Of a stretch of DNA of 64,000 nucleotides, positions 37,505 to 47,416 are shown one piece after another. Positions within the stretch are counted from its first letter, which is position 1. Each line of letters begins with the position of its first letter. The stretch comes from Gemmatimonadota bacterium (lineage in GTDB: Bacteria > JBHIER01 > G020348925): positions 1,258,469-1,322,468 of the forward strand of contig CP070758.1 in NCBI GenBank assembly GCA_020348925.1, given 5' to 3'. Under the pieces are notes generated by a model that saw only the letters and a list, made by a program, of their open reading frames with translations, was not told where the DNA came from and did not search any database. A program made the position numbers and the translations under genes.

Positions 37505-39739
37505 TCATTCCTGTCTATCATCAATCTTCTTTTCACGTGTGACCGTAAAAGGCGAAGGCGATATCGGGTCATCTTCCAGGGTTGCTTTCAAAGTAGAAAG
37601 TTTTCTGTCGAGTTCCATCAGTTGAGTCAGCTTTGATTTCAATTCTTCCACTCTGTCTCTGATCATTTTAGTCCTCAGGGTCTGTTTTCCAAGAGTCAGA
37701 GCAACATCATAGGCGTTGAGGCCAATGGCAACATTTACCATTTTCACCGATTGAGCATGTGAACCACTCCAGGCTCTGCCCACAACTCTTGAAAATTCCG
37801 CGGCCGTCATCAATTCCGGTGAAACGGCGACACCGGTTCCATCCTCAAAACCGGATGGGATGATATAATCCCCCTCTTTCACCGCTCCTATCACCTTGAC
37901 AGGAACCTGTCCCATAAAGGTCACCTTTTCATAATCAGGCAACTCATCCGGGGAGGGCATATTCCCCAGGACGACGGGCGCGGTGGAAATGACCAGGTAT
38001 TGCTGGGCAAATTCGGTGCTTTTACTGATCTCGCCACCGCGGATACCGACAATATCTCCCGGCTCCATCAATTCACCCGGATCCATCCGTTTCAACCATT
38101 CCGCGTAGTCACTATCTCCGGAATTGTAGGAGACACCGATATGATTCTTCATATAGTCTACAAATTTATCCCTATACACCCCATAGAGAACTCCCCAGGT
38201 TATCGCGTAAGCTATTTTCGAAGGGGCTGGTGCACAAATCGCAAACCCCACTCCCCCACACACATTGAAGGAAGCGGCAATGCCTACAACCCCGATGGCC
38301 AATTTAGCCGCTTCGTAATCCCACCGAATCTTCCACAACTTATAGAACTGACTATGGCTGGTCAGATCGCTCCAGCTCGACTGTCCTTCGATCCTTCCAC
38401 GTACATCGCCGGATCGGTCCAGAAAAGAGACAAAATCATTTGAATGACTGGGTATTCCGTTGCTCAGTTTGATCGCAATGCCATCGCCCTGGTGGGACGA
38501 GAGTGTATCCTCAAAGTAAGCAATATGTTTTAAAGCGGGACCTTTTACGTGTAGCTTCATGCTTGTCGGCGCTGGGGCGCCGATACCGACAGAGCCTGTG
38601 ACTTTCAGTTTCTGGTTCACGAAGCAGGTATCGGGAACGTAGAGGGTGTCCACTTTGAACATGGGTGTGGCAATGGGCCCGTAAAAGATGACTCCGTTGG
38701 TATCGATAATCACACGGCTCAGCGGTTCAAGAGGAGATCCGTTCGTACTGAGCTCGATGAAACCGTCACTCAGTCGTATTCGAGACGTACCCATCCCGGA
38801 GCTCGAATTATCTACACTATCTGTCCCTGTTCCGTCTTCATGAAAGTTAAAAGCCATGTCCATACCGCTCGGTTGGGGAGAAGTGCCTGCACCAGGTGAA
38901 TAGAAATATCCCCAGGCATCTTTCCCTGCAATCCTGAAGGAATGGTAATCGGCCATGGTGAGACCAACCTGGGCATCTCCATTGACAATCACATTACCAT
39001 GAAAATATCCGGCCTGTGTCCCGGGATTCAGCGCATTTCCGTGCACCGGGATACCCGCGGTGATTGACGTCGATCCGTACACACCTTTCTCACCTGCACC
39101 GATCACACCTTTCCCGGTGGGACATTCCCCCAGAACGGCTCCCCCATCACAATCGTTGTTCACAGTCAACATGGGTACTGTATCGCTGCACCCGTCGACT
39201 CCCTCCATGGTATCTGGATGAACCGAGCTGACAAATTCTGCCCCCTGCCGGCCGTCGAGCACATCCGCATGATACGCATACGCCACGGTCGTGATCCGTT
39301 TCCTGGGGATCAACTCAGAATTCCCGCTAACCCTATCACCCCACCCGGAATCCCCGTTGACCTTACCACCACAGATAGAATCCCCCATCACCTCCACACC
39401 CAGCCACCTGTCCCCTCCAAGCCGCACCACCGAAGCGGGCACTGAATCCCAGAAAATAGCCGCTGGAATCGGTTCCCGACTTCCAAGCAGCACATTATAG
39501 ACCCCGCCCCAGACGATGACAGCGGGGAGGGCCTCCGACCACATGGCTGTACCACCCGACGAGACATTGTAAATACTGAATTTCATGGAGAGCGTATCCT
39601 GGACCAGTTTTCCCTGAGAGTCAACCAGACTTCCCTTGTAATAGATCAGGCCCGGTTGAGCAATCTGAGCGTTACCCGAAATTGTCCTGACAAGTACAGT
39701 CAACATGCTCATTGTCAATACCAATTTTATTATCTTCAT
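37505..39739 (-). CDS. Secreted tail-fibre-like protein with peptidase-G2/intramolecular-chaperone-like C-terminal domain and coiled coil
   Basis: Signal peptide and Gly-rich beta repeats. GDSDYAEWL..EPGDIVG..VISTAP.VLGN..FMGQVPVKVIG.VKEGDYIIPSG..DGTG..VVGRA, followed by a heptad tail. Confidence 0.75.
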   Translation of the reverse strand: MKIIKLVLTMSMLTVLVRTISGNAQIAQPGLIYYKGSLVDSQGKLVQDTLSMKFSIYNVSSGGTAMWSEALPAVIVWGGVYNVLLGSREPIPAAIFWDSVPASVVRLGGDRWLGVEVMGDSICGGKVNGDSGWGDRVSGNSELIPRKRITTVAYAYHADVLDGRQGAEFVSSVHPDTMEGVDGCSDTVPMLTVNNDCDGGAVLGECPTGKGVIGAGEKGVYGSTSITAGIPVHGNALNPGTQAGYFHGNVIVNGDAQVGLTMADYHSFRIAGKDAWGYFYSPGAGTSPQPSGMDMAFNFHEDGTGTDSVDNSSSGMGTSRIRLSDGFIELSTNGSPLEPLSRVIIDTNGVIFYGPIATPMFKVDTLYVPDTCFVNQKLKVTGSVGIGAPAPTSMKLHVKGPALKHIAYFEDTLSSHQGDGIAIKLSNGIPSHSNDFVSFLDRSGDVRGRIEGQSSWSDLTSHSQFYKLWKIRWDYEAAKLAIGVVGIAASFNVCGGVGFAICAPAPSKIAYAITWGVLYGVYRDKFVDYMKNHIGVSYNSGDSDYAEWLKRMDPGELMEPGDIVGIRGGEISKSTEFAQQYLVISTAPVVLGNMPSPDELPDYEKVTFMGQVPVKVIGAVKEGDYIIPSGFEDGTGVAVSPELMTAAEFSRVVGRAWSGSHAQSVKMVNVAIGLNAYDVALTLGKQTLRTKMIRDRVEELKSKLTQLMELDRKLSTLKATLEDDPISPSPFTVTREKKIDDRQE

Positions 39740-39841
39740 CTTTTCAGTTCCCTTTCAAAGATCTTGCTTCTACATGTTTTCTGATTCACTCGTTTTTCGT
39801 CTTTATGTATGCACACTTTCATATATTTATCTCAAATTTTA

Positions 39842-40219
39842 TTAGTTGTTGAACGTACTCTTTTCAAGCTCATGTTTACTGTTTTTGTGATTCATGATCT
39901 CTTCAAATTCAGAAATCTTTTGACGATAGGTCTCCATATCCAGGGTCTGCATCTCCAACTGCTCCAGCAGCGCTTCGAGTTCCCGGTTCTTTCTCTCAGT
40001 TTTTTCAAGAAAAACGGCTACATCCTTCATATTCAATCCAACAGCACAGTTCACAAGTTTCTCCAAGAAATTGTTTGAATCTTCCCATGATCGGCCAACG
40101 ACTCTGGTGTACTCCTCGGCTGTCATCAGTTCCGGGGGTACCGCGATACCTGTACCATCTTCAAATCCGGACGGAATGATGTAATCCCCTTCCCGCACTG
40201 ATCCGATGACCCTGACCGG
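39842..40219 (-). CDS. C-terminal fragment of a third tail-fibre-like paralog
   Basis: PVRVIGSVREGDYIIPSGFEDGTGIAVPPELMTAEEY.RVVGR is nearly identical to the C-terminus of 37505-39739. The 5' part is missing. Confidence 0.75.
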   Translation of the reverse strand, partial: PVRVIGSVREGDYIIPSGFEDGTGIAVPPELMTAEEYTRVVGRSWEDSNNFLEKLVNCAVGLNMKDVAVFLEKTERKNRELEALLEQLEMQTLDMETYRQKISEFEEIMNHKNSKHELEKSTFNN

Positions 40220-40345
40220 CTCCATCGGTTCTATCACCATGAAGCCCAATCTGAAGGGATTGTACGACAAGCTCGGTATAAGCTATGATTTTGTAACCAA
40301 GGGACCTATGGCGCTCATGTATTCCGACTACCGAAACTTTTCTCC
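40209..40345 (+). CDS. sppA: Internal fragment of signal peptide peptidase SppA (S49)
   Basis: TLTGSIGSITMKPNLKGLYDKLGISYDFVTKGPMALMYSDYRNFS follows the S49 TGSIG..K..L..KLGI pattern. Ends at the N-gap. Confidence 0.65.
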
Positions 40346-40451
40346 NNNNNNNNNNNNNNNNNNNNNNNNNNNNNNNNNNNNNNNNNNNNNNNNNNNNNNN
40401 NNNNNNNNNNNNNNNNNNNNNNNNNNNNNNNNNNNNNNNNNNNNNATAGAA

Positions 40452-42278
40452 ATGAGAGCGTTCAATTTAATACATATATCCGCTTTCCTGGCACTTTTCA
40501 TGTGGGTGTCTCCTGTCTCAACCCAGGGGATACCCCAAGGGAAGGATGAGGTGCAGAGCAAGCTCGATCGTGCCAGACAGCTGGAGCGAGTGAACAGGTA
40601 TGAGGATGCGCTCGAGATTCACGAGAGCCTTTTCCGTGATCATCCTGACAATCCTCAGGTATTGAATGGCTTGGAGCGGGATCTCTTGCATTTGAAGAGA
40701 TATCCCGAACTGATCGATCTCCTCCGGGTTCTTTTACAGAGGAAGCCCAATGATCGGTCCCTCTCGGAGAAATTGGGAAACGCGCTTTACAAATCCGGGC
40801 AGGAGGAGGAAGCCGAGGAAATGTGGAGGGGCGTTATTCACCAGGATCCCGATAATCAAGCCACTTACTCTGGAGTGGCTCGGCAATACCTGTACAACGG
40901 AGTCGTTGACAAAGCCATAGCGACCTACCTTCGGGGCAGGGAAAGGCTCGGCAAATCGAGTCTTTTCGCCAAAGACTTGGCCCGTCTCTACGAATCCCAA
41001 ATGGAATACGGGGATGCTGCGAGGGAGTATCTATGTCTCCTTGAGGAGGATCCCAGGCAATTCTCCTACGTGGAAAATATGATCAGTCGATTCAAGCGAA
41101 CCGGGGAGGGAGACGAAGAAGTGACCGAGGTGCTGGAGAACGCCGTTGCGAATAATCCCAACAACTCACACATCAGAAAACTCTTGGGCGGCCTGTATCT
41201 TCGCCTGGCCCAGCCTGAGAGTGCCTTCGGGCAGTATAGGGAGGTGGATGTGATTGAAGGCTCCCGAGGCGGCACCCTGATCGATTTTGCCGACTGGTCG
41301 TATCGCGAAGGTTTTTACTCGACAGCGCTGAAAGCTTACGAGCACATCTCCGAGAGTTATCCGGAATCGCCGATAAAGCCGAAGGCGCTGCAGGGCACAG
41401 GTCGTGCTCTGGCAAAATTGGGCCGTTTCCAGGAGGCGATTTTGGCTTACAAATCTTTAGTCTCCCAGTATCCCAATTCAAAAGAGATGGAAAGCGCACT
41501 CTTCGAAATTGGGAGGGTGCAGCTGCAGGAAGGGGGAGAGGTGGATTCGGCATTAAGCACCTTCAGAAATCTGGTGCTTGCGCGAAAACGGGGCCCCCAT
41601 TATTTCGGCGCGATGTTTTACATCGGTGAATGCCAGCTTGTCAAAGATGATCTCAACAGTGCCCTGCAGGAGTATGAGACTATACAGAACGAGGCGAGAC
41701 AATCGCCTGAAATAGCCGAGGAAGCCTCCTATAAGACTGCTGAAATAAAATTTTTCCGGGGCGATTTCGACGGGGCGCTCGAAGAATTTGAGAATATGAC
41801 TCAGTCATACCCAAAGGGAATGTTTGTCAATGATGCGTTGACCTTGATGGTCTTCATAGAGGAAAACCGATTGTCAGGTGATGATGCGCTCAAGGCTTTT
41901 GCCCACGCTGCTCTGCGCGAGCGTCAGAACCGATCGCAGGAAGCGATAGAAACCTATGAACGGATTCGCACCTCTTATCCTCATTCCTTTCTGGCCGACG
42001 ATGCCCTTTTGAAAATTGGAGATATCCAGAACCAGGAGGGCAACTTTGAGACGGCCATCGAAACCTTCGAAAATCTTGTCGCCAAATACCCTTCCAGTGA
42101 TCTGTGCGATGAGGCACAGAGACGTATCGGTGAAATCTATGAGATCGGTTTGCAGGATGTTCCCAAGGCCATTGAGGCCTACGAGGAGATCCTCTCAAAA
42201 TATCCTGAAAGCCTTCTGTATGATTCGGTCAGAAAACGAATCCGTGAGCTCCAGGGAAAGACGAGTGCTCCCGGTTGA
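40452..42278 (+). CDS. Exported TPR protein
   Basis: The ATG after the gap begins a signal peptide (MRAFNLIHISAFLALFMWVSPVSTQ). Repeated YPxSxxxxxA TPR units follow. Confidence 0.85.
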   Translation: MRAFNLIHISAFLALFMWVSPVSTQGIPQGKDEVQSKLDRARQLERVNRYEDALEIHESLFRDHPDNPQVLNGLERDLLHLKRYPELIDLLRVLLQRKPNDRSLSEKLGNALYKSGQEEEAEEMWRGVIHQDPDNQATYSGVARQYLYNGVVDKAIATYLRGRERLGKSSLFAKDLARLYESQMEYGDAAREYLCLLEEDPRQFSYVENMISRFKRTGEGDEEVTEVLENAVANNPNNSHIRKLLGGLYLRLAQPESAFGQYREVDVIEGSRGGTLIDFADWSYREGFYSTALKAYEHISESYPESPIKPKALQGTGRALAKLGRFQEAILAYKSLVSQYPNSKEMESALFEIGRVQLQEGGEVDSALSTFRNLVLARKRGPHYFGAMFYIGECQLVKDDLNSALQEYETIQNEARQSPEIAEEASYKTAEIKFFRGDFDGALEEFENMTQSYPKGMFVNDALTLMVFIEENRLSGDDALKAFAHAALRERQNRSQEAIETYERIRTSYPHSFLADDALLKIGDIQNQEGNFETAIETFENLVAKYPSSDLCDEAQRRIGEIYEIGLQDVPKAIEAYEEILSKYPESLLYDSVRKRIRELQGKTSAPG

Positions 42279-42373
42279 GATCACTTCCTGTCGATTTGAA
42301 AATCTTCTGAAATCCAACTGTTTTGAAAATTTCATAGAGTACGTCTTGTTGACGCGTTTGAGGGAGGAAGAAA

Positions 42374-43261
42374 ATGGGTGAACATACCTTCTCTATTGTG
42401 GACGTATTTGCCGAACGGAAATACGCCGGAAACCAATTGGCCGTGTTCGAAGATGCACAGGACCTTTCGGATTCTGAAATGCAGCGCTTCGCAAAGGAGA
42501 TGAACTACTCGGAGACGACGTTCATCCTATCAGGGGAGAGGGGAGATGGGGGATATGATGTCCGCATTTTCACGCCGGAAGAGGAAATCCCCTTTGCCGG
42601 CCACCCGACGCTGGGGACCGCTTTCGTCATACAACATGAAATTATGAAAAAGCCTGTTGAACAAATTATTCTGAACCTGCAGGTCGGACAGATTCCGGTA
42701 ACGTTCGATTACAGAGGTGGAGAGCCGGATATGTTGCGGATGAAGCAGAAGGAGCCGGTCTTTGGTGAAGTCTTCGACCGACGAGACGTGGTGGACATAC
42801 TCGGCCTTCGTGAGGACGATATCGATGACAGATTTCCTGTTCAGACCGTTTCCACGGGGCTCCCCTTTATGATCGTTCCCATGAAGAATCTGGCGTCAGT
42901 CAAAAAATCGTGTATCGTTCAAGACAAATACTTTGAACTTATCAGAGATAGTGAGGCGAAGGATATACTCATCTTCTGCCCTGAGACATACAGTCGTGAT
43001 AACGACCTGAACGTTCGAGTCTTCGCCGGCTATCACGGCGTCCCTGAAGATCCGGCGACAGGGAGTGCGAACGGGTGTCTTGCGGGGTATCTGGTCAAGC
43101 ACCGCTATCTGGGTGAAGATCGCATCGACCTTCGAGTCGAGCAGGGCTACGAGATGGGCAGACCGTCTCTGCTCTTTTTGAATGCGGAGGAGAAGAAAAG
43201 CGGCATTGAGGTTTTTGTGGGTGGAAGGGTCTTCATGGTGGCCAGGGGAAAGTTTGTGTAA
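42374..43261 (+). CDS. PhzF family isomerase/epimerase
   Basis: VDVFAE..YAGNQLAV, EMNYSETTF, RIFTP.EEIPFAGHPTLG, EDPATGSA and EQGYEMGRPS. Confidence 0.93.
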   Translation: MGEHTFSIVDVFAERKYAGNQLAVFEDAQDLSDSEMQRFAKEMNYSETTFILSGERGDGGYDVRIFTPEEEIPFAGHPTLGTAFVIQHEIMKKPVEQIILNLQVGQIPVTFDYRGGEPDMLRMKQKEPVFGEVFDRRDVVDILGLREDDIDDRFPVQTVSTGLPFMIVPMKNLASVKKSCIVQDKYFELIRDSEAKDILIFCPETYSRDNDLNVRVFAGYHGVPEDPATGSANGCLAGYLVKHRYLGEDRIDLRVEQGYEMGRPSLLFLNAEEKKSGIEVFVGGRVFMVARGKFV

Positions 43262-44100
43262 TGGCGGTGAACGAATTGGATACGATTTTAAACGACTTCT
43301 CTCAGCCGAAAGTCGAGAGGGCCATTGAACGAAATATCATCGAACAGTACCCCTTCATCTTCTCTTCACTCCCGGATTTTGAGATGATTGATACAGGGAG
43401 ACTGGTCTGGTTCGTCACCGGTCTTAACTCTTCGTATCTCAATTATGTCCTCCTCGGACAATTCAAACTTGAAGAGATCGATACAGGCATCGAAACGACA
43501 CTTCAAGAATTCAGAACGCGCCGTGTCCCCATGACCTGGTCCGTCGGACCATCGACCGAACCAATCAATATCGGGAAACATCTCGTGTCTCATGGCCTGG
43601 TCCACACAAGAACCGAGACAGGTATGGCCGTCGATCTCCAAGAGATGAAGGAGAATTTTCCCGCTCCTCCCGGTTTGAGCATTGAGCAGATCCGCGATGA
43701 GGACGGATTGCAAAAATGGTTTCGTGTCGTCGCTGCGAGTTTTGCATACCAAAATACCGTTGTGCATATCCTGTCGAATCTCTATTCACGTCTGGCATGC
43801 AACCGGCAGCGGTATTGGCAACTCTTCACGGGTTTTGTTGACCAAAAACCTGTCGGGGCATCCAGGCTATTTACAGGGGCCGGTGTGGCAGGCATCTACC
43901 ATGTTGCGACGGTTCCTGAAATGAGAGGTCGAGGCATAGGGACAGCCATGACGTTGGCCCCGCTGCGAGAGGCCCGTGATCTGGGCTACCGAATCGGAGT
44001 CCTGAGAGCAGCAGAAAGGGCCCTCGGAGTATACAAACGGATTGGCTTTCAAGAGATTTGCTCTTTTCACTTTTATCTCTATTCGGGAGGTAGGGGATGA
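43261..44100 (+). CDS. GNAT family N-acetyltransferase
   Basis: AGIYHVATVPEMRGRGIGTAM acetyl-CoA motif and VYKRIGF. The start overlaps the PhzF stop. Confidence 0.9.
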   Translation: MAVNELDTILNDFSQPKVERAIERNIIEQYPFIFSSLPDFEMIDTGRLVWFVTGLNSSYLNYVLLGQFKLEEIDTGIETTLQEFRTRRVPMTWSVGPSTEPINIGKHLVSHGLVHTRTETGMAVDLQEMKENFPAPPGLSIEQIRDEDGLQKWFRVVAASFAYQNTVVHILSNLYSRLACNRQRYWQLFTGFVDQKPVGASRLFTGAGVAGIYHVATVPEMRGRGIGTAMTLAPLREARDLGYRIGVLRAAERALGVYKRIGFQEICSFHFYLYSGGRG

Positions 44101-44386
44101 GAATGTGGTGCGGTCCGATACCACCGGTTTCGATTTCATACATCAGTTCCTTTGATATCCCTCAATCGTAATATCATGAGAAGCTGCAAAAGACCGACGA
44201 CAAATAAAACGAGCGAAAGATGCAGTCGAAAAATATGATTTGTCTTTCGACGTTCTTCTCATTAAATTAAAAAGACAGAAATCGTTTACAGAAATCAAAT
44301 CGCACGTATCGATTGAATTCTCAATGAACCTCACCCAGAGGCAGGAAGTCTTTGTGTATTGAGAAGAAAGAGTGAGAGGGAGAATT

Positions 44387-45547
44387 ATGAAAAAATCAGA
44401 CAGGGAATCCGATTTCAGAAAAAAGAAATTCTTAAAAGCACTCATGGGCAGAGAGGTCGATGATCTGAAGATTTGCGTTCTGGGAGCCGGGCACGGCGGA
44501 TTGGCCATGGCGGGCCATATTGCTGCTATGGGCTTCAATGTGAATCTGTACAACAGAAGCCGAAAGAAAATCCGGCCAGTGAGCGCCAGAAAAGAGATCA
44601 AGGTCGAGGGAGAGGTTCAGGGGGTGGGCAGGATTGACCTCGCTTCGAACAATATAGAAGAGTGTCTTTCGGGTGTGGATATCCTCATGGTTGCTGTCCC
44701 CGCCAACGGTCATCGATTCATAGCGCGAACCTGTGCTCCGCATTTGAAGGAGAATCAGATCGTCGTTTTGAATCCGGGTCGGACAGGGGGAGCGATTGAG
44801 TTCTTTCATACCCTCAGGGAGGAGGGCCTGGAATATTTTCCTTTCATTGCAGAAGCCCAGACATTTTTATACGCCTCAAGGGTTTTGGGGCCTGCTCATG
44901 CAAAGATCTTTTCAATAAAGAATGCCGTCCCTCTGGCCACGCTCCCGGCCTATTGGATTCCGGGAGTTTTAAAGGTCATTAATAAGGTTTTTCCCCAGTT
45001 CGTACCAGGGGATAATGTTTTTAAGACCAGTTTTGACAATATTGGGGCAGTTTTTCATCCCGCACTCACCGTTCTCTGTGCCTCCTGGATCGAAGAGACC
45101 CATGGTGATTTCGAATACTACATTCAGGGGGCGAGCGAATCGGTGGCCAAGGTTTTGGAAAAGCTCGATAGGGAACGACTCGAAGTGGCGGCGGCCTTGG
45201 GATTCAAGGCTATGAGCGCGAAGGACTGGCTCTACACCGCCTACAGCTCAACAGGCAAGAACCTGCACGAGGCCATTCTTGATAATCCGGGGTATCATGG
45301 GATCAAGGCCCCGGACAGGCTTCATCATCGCTATATCGATGAAGATGTCCCTATGAGTCTCGTACCATTGGCATCGATTGGGGAGATGTTGAAGGTCGAA
45401 ACCCCAACCATACATTCCATTGTTCACCTCGCCTCGATAATGAGGGGAAAAGACTTTTGGGAGGTTGGGAGGACCGTTGACAAGCTCGGGATCAAGGGCA
45501 TGTCCATCAGGGACATCCGCCTTTTAGCTGTGAGAGGGATTGAATAA
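44387..45547 (+). CDS. NAD/NADP octopine/nopaline dehydrogenase family protein
   Basis: VLGAGHGGLAMA Rossmann motif, LNPGRTGGA, NIGAVFHP, LDRERL.VA, and HRYIDEDVPMSLVP. Confidence 0.9.
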   Translation: MKKSDRESDFRKKKFLKALMGREVDDLKICVLGAGHGGLAMAGHIAAMGFNVNLYNRSRKKIRPVSARKEIKVEGEVQGVGRIDLASNNIEECLSGVDILMVAVPANGHRFIARTCAPHLKENQIVVLNPGRTGGAIEFFHTLREEGLEYFPFIAEAQTFLYASRVLGPAHAKIFSIKNAVPLATLPAYWIPGVLKVINKVFPQFVPGDNVFKTSFDNIGAVFHPALTVLCASWIEETHGDFEYYIQGASESVAKVLEKLDRERLEVAAALGFKAMSAKDWLYTAYSSTGKNLHEAILDNPGYHGIKAPDRLHHRYIDEDVPMSLVPLASIGEMLKVETPTIHSIVHLASIMRGKDFWEVGRTVDKLGIKGMSIRDIRLLAVRGIE

Positions 45548-45548
45548 G

Positions 45549-47198
45549 ATGACGGCCTTTCTCAAGAAAAAAATCTTGGGTGCCTCCCTGGGACATTGTG
45601 TCCACGTGGCCGGAATATTGAGCTTTCTCAATGCGGCTGAACGGTACGATTACACGACACATTTCCTCGGCCCCGCGACTTCCATTGAAAAACTCACACA
45701 GGCTATTCTGGATGAGGATCCTGATATTATTGCTCTCAGCTATCGATTGACGCCTGAGGTTCTGAAAGAATTACTGGTGTCATTGCAAAAAGAGATTGAA
45801 GAAAAGAGTATAGGGAAGAAGACTTTTATTTTCGGTGGCACTCCACCGGCGGCGGAGGTGGCGCGCCAAAGCGGGCTCTTTGACGCCGTATTCGTCGGCG
45901 GCGAGTCCCCGGAGGAGATCACAGACTTCCTCAAGGGCCAGGTTGAAGAAGCCCGGCAGGTGGAAATGCCGCCCCAGAATCTTGTTGACCGGATTGCACA
46001 CGCCAGCCCATACCCCATCCTTCGCCACCACTTCGGCCGGCCAACCGTGGCGGAGACAGTCGAGGGAGCAAGAGAAATAGCTCTTTCGGAGACGATCGGC
46101 GTCATCTCGATCGGACCGGATCAAAATGCCCAGGAAAGTTTTTTTCGTCCGGGTGAAATGAAGAGAGGTCAGGACGGCGCCGGCGGCGTTCCTCTCAGAA
46201 AACCAGAGGACCTTGAGGCCATATACGCCGCAACCCGCTGCGGCAACTACCCCCTCTTACGATGCTATTCCGGGACGAGAGACCTCATCCGATGGGCGGA
46301 AATGTCTCAAAAAACGATCAACATTGCCTGGGGGGCTGTGCCCCTCTTGTGGTACAACCGGCTCGACGGTCGATCCGAGAGAACGCCGGTGGAATCGATT
46401 CGAGAAAATCAGGAGACCATGCGATGGTATGCGGAGCACGATATTCCTTTGGAGGTGAACGAATCCCACCACTGGAGCTTGCGGGATGCACCGGACGTCG
46501 TAGCCGTAGCCACAGCTTTTTTGGCGGCCTGCAACGCTAAAAAAATGGGGGTCAGAAACTATATCTCCCAGTACATGTTCAACACGCCGGCCAAAACATC
46601 CCCCTCGATGGACCTGGCAAAGATGCTGGCGAAGATCGAGTTGATCGAGTCCCTCCACGACGAACACTTTACCTCGATGCGGCAGACAAGAGCGGGATTG
46701 ACGAGCCTTTCCACAGATCCGGATGTGGCCAAGGGGCAGCTCGCTGCATCCTGTTACTACCAGCTGGCCTTAGAGCCAAAAATAGTCCACATCGTCGGGT
46801 TCTGCGAAGCGGATCATGCCGCGACGCCCGCTGATGTGATCGAGAGTGCGAAGATCGTTCAGGGGGTTCTGAAAAACTATTTCTTGGATCCGCTCCCCAT
46901 GATCAATGATGAGAGGATCGGAAAGAGAAAGGAGAGGCTCGTTGAAGAGGCGAAACATCTGTTGGAGGCTATTCGACGCATAGCTCCCGACGAAGTGGAT
47001 GAACCCTGGACAGATCCGGAAAACCTTGCCCGGGCGGTCAAGGTGGGACTTCTCGATGCGCCTCACCTCTGTGGAAATCCGCATGCGTCGGGGAAGATTT
47101 TCACTCGGGTCATAGACGGCGTCTGTGTTGCGGTTGATCTTGAAAAAGGGAACGTTTTGTCCGAGAAGGACAGGATTTCGCAAATTCTCAATTCCTGA
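45549..47198 (+). CDS. Cobalamin-binding domain fused to a putative mutase-like catalytic domain
   Basis: N-terminal ASLGHCVHVAG (variant of DxHxxG), LGPA, ALSYRLTP and IFGGTP. There is no CxxxCxxC motif, so it is not a radical SAM. A large C-terminal domain follows. Confidence 0.75.
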   Translation: MTAFLKKKILGASLGHCVHVAGILSFLNAAERYDYTTHFLGPATSIEKLTQAILDEDPDIIALSYRLTPEVLKELLVSLQKEIEEKSIGKKTFIFGGTPPAAEVARQSGLFDAVFVGGESPEEITDFLKGQVEEARQVEMPPQNLVDRIAHASPYPILRHHFGRPTVAETVEGAREIALSETIGVISIGPDQNAQESFFRPGEMKRGQDGAGGVPLRKPEDLEAIYAATRCGNYPLLRCYSGTRDLIRWAEMSQKTINIAWGAVPLLWYNRLDGRSERTPVESIRENQETMRWYAEHDIPLEVNESHHWSLRDAPDVVAVATAFLAACNAKKMGVRNYISQYMFNTPAKTSPSMDLAKMLAKIELIESLHDEHFTSMRQTRAGLTSLSTDPDVAKGQLAASCYYQLALEPKIVHIVGFCEADHAATPADVIESAKIVQGVLKNYFLDPLPMINDERIGKRKERLVEEAKHLLEAIRRIAPDEVDEPWTDPENLARAVKVGLLDAPHLCGNPHASGKIFTRVIDGVCVAVDLEKGNVLSEKDRISQILNS

Positions 47199-47416
47199 CC
47201 CCAATAATTCAGCTTTCATTCTCACCACCCCCCCACTCCTTTTTGCCACCCCATCCCGACCACTATAGACGATTCAAGAGTGCTTGTTCTCAAAGATAAT
47301 ATTGACTTTTGATTAAAGCATAGAATTGAATATTTCTGCCACAAAATGGAGAAATAAGGTTTCCACAGAAAAATCTATTTTCGAATTGCCTCCAGAAATC
47401 AATCATAAAATATTGC

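Noticed and set aside
35640-40219. Prophage tail module
   Set aside because: The proteins carry Sec signal peptides, and no capsid, terminase, baseplate or lysis genes are nearby.
40206-42278. Single 690-aa ORF in the track
   Set aside because: It reads through a 100-N gap and joins an sppA fragment to a separate TPR gene that has its own signal peptide at 40452.
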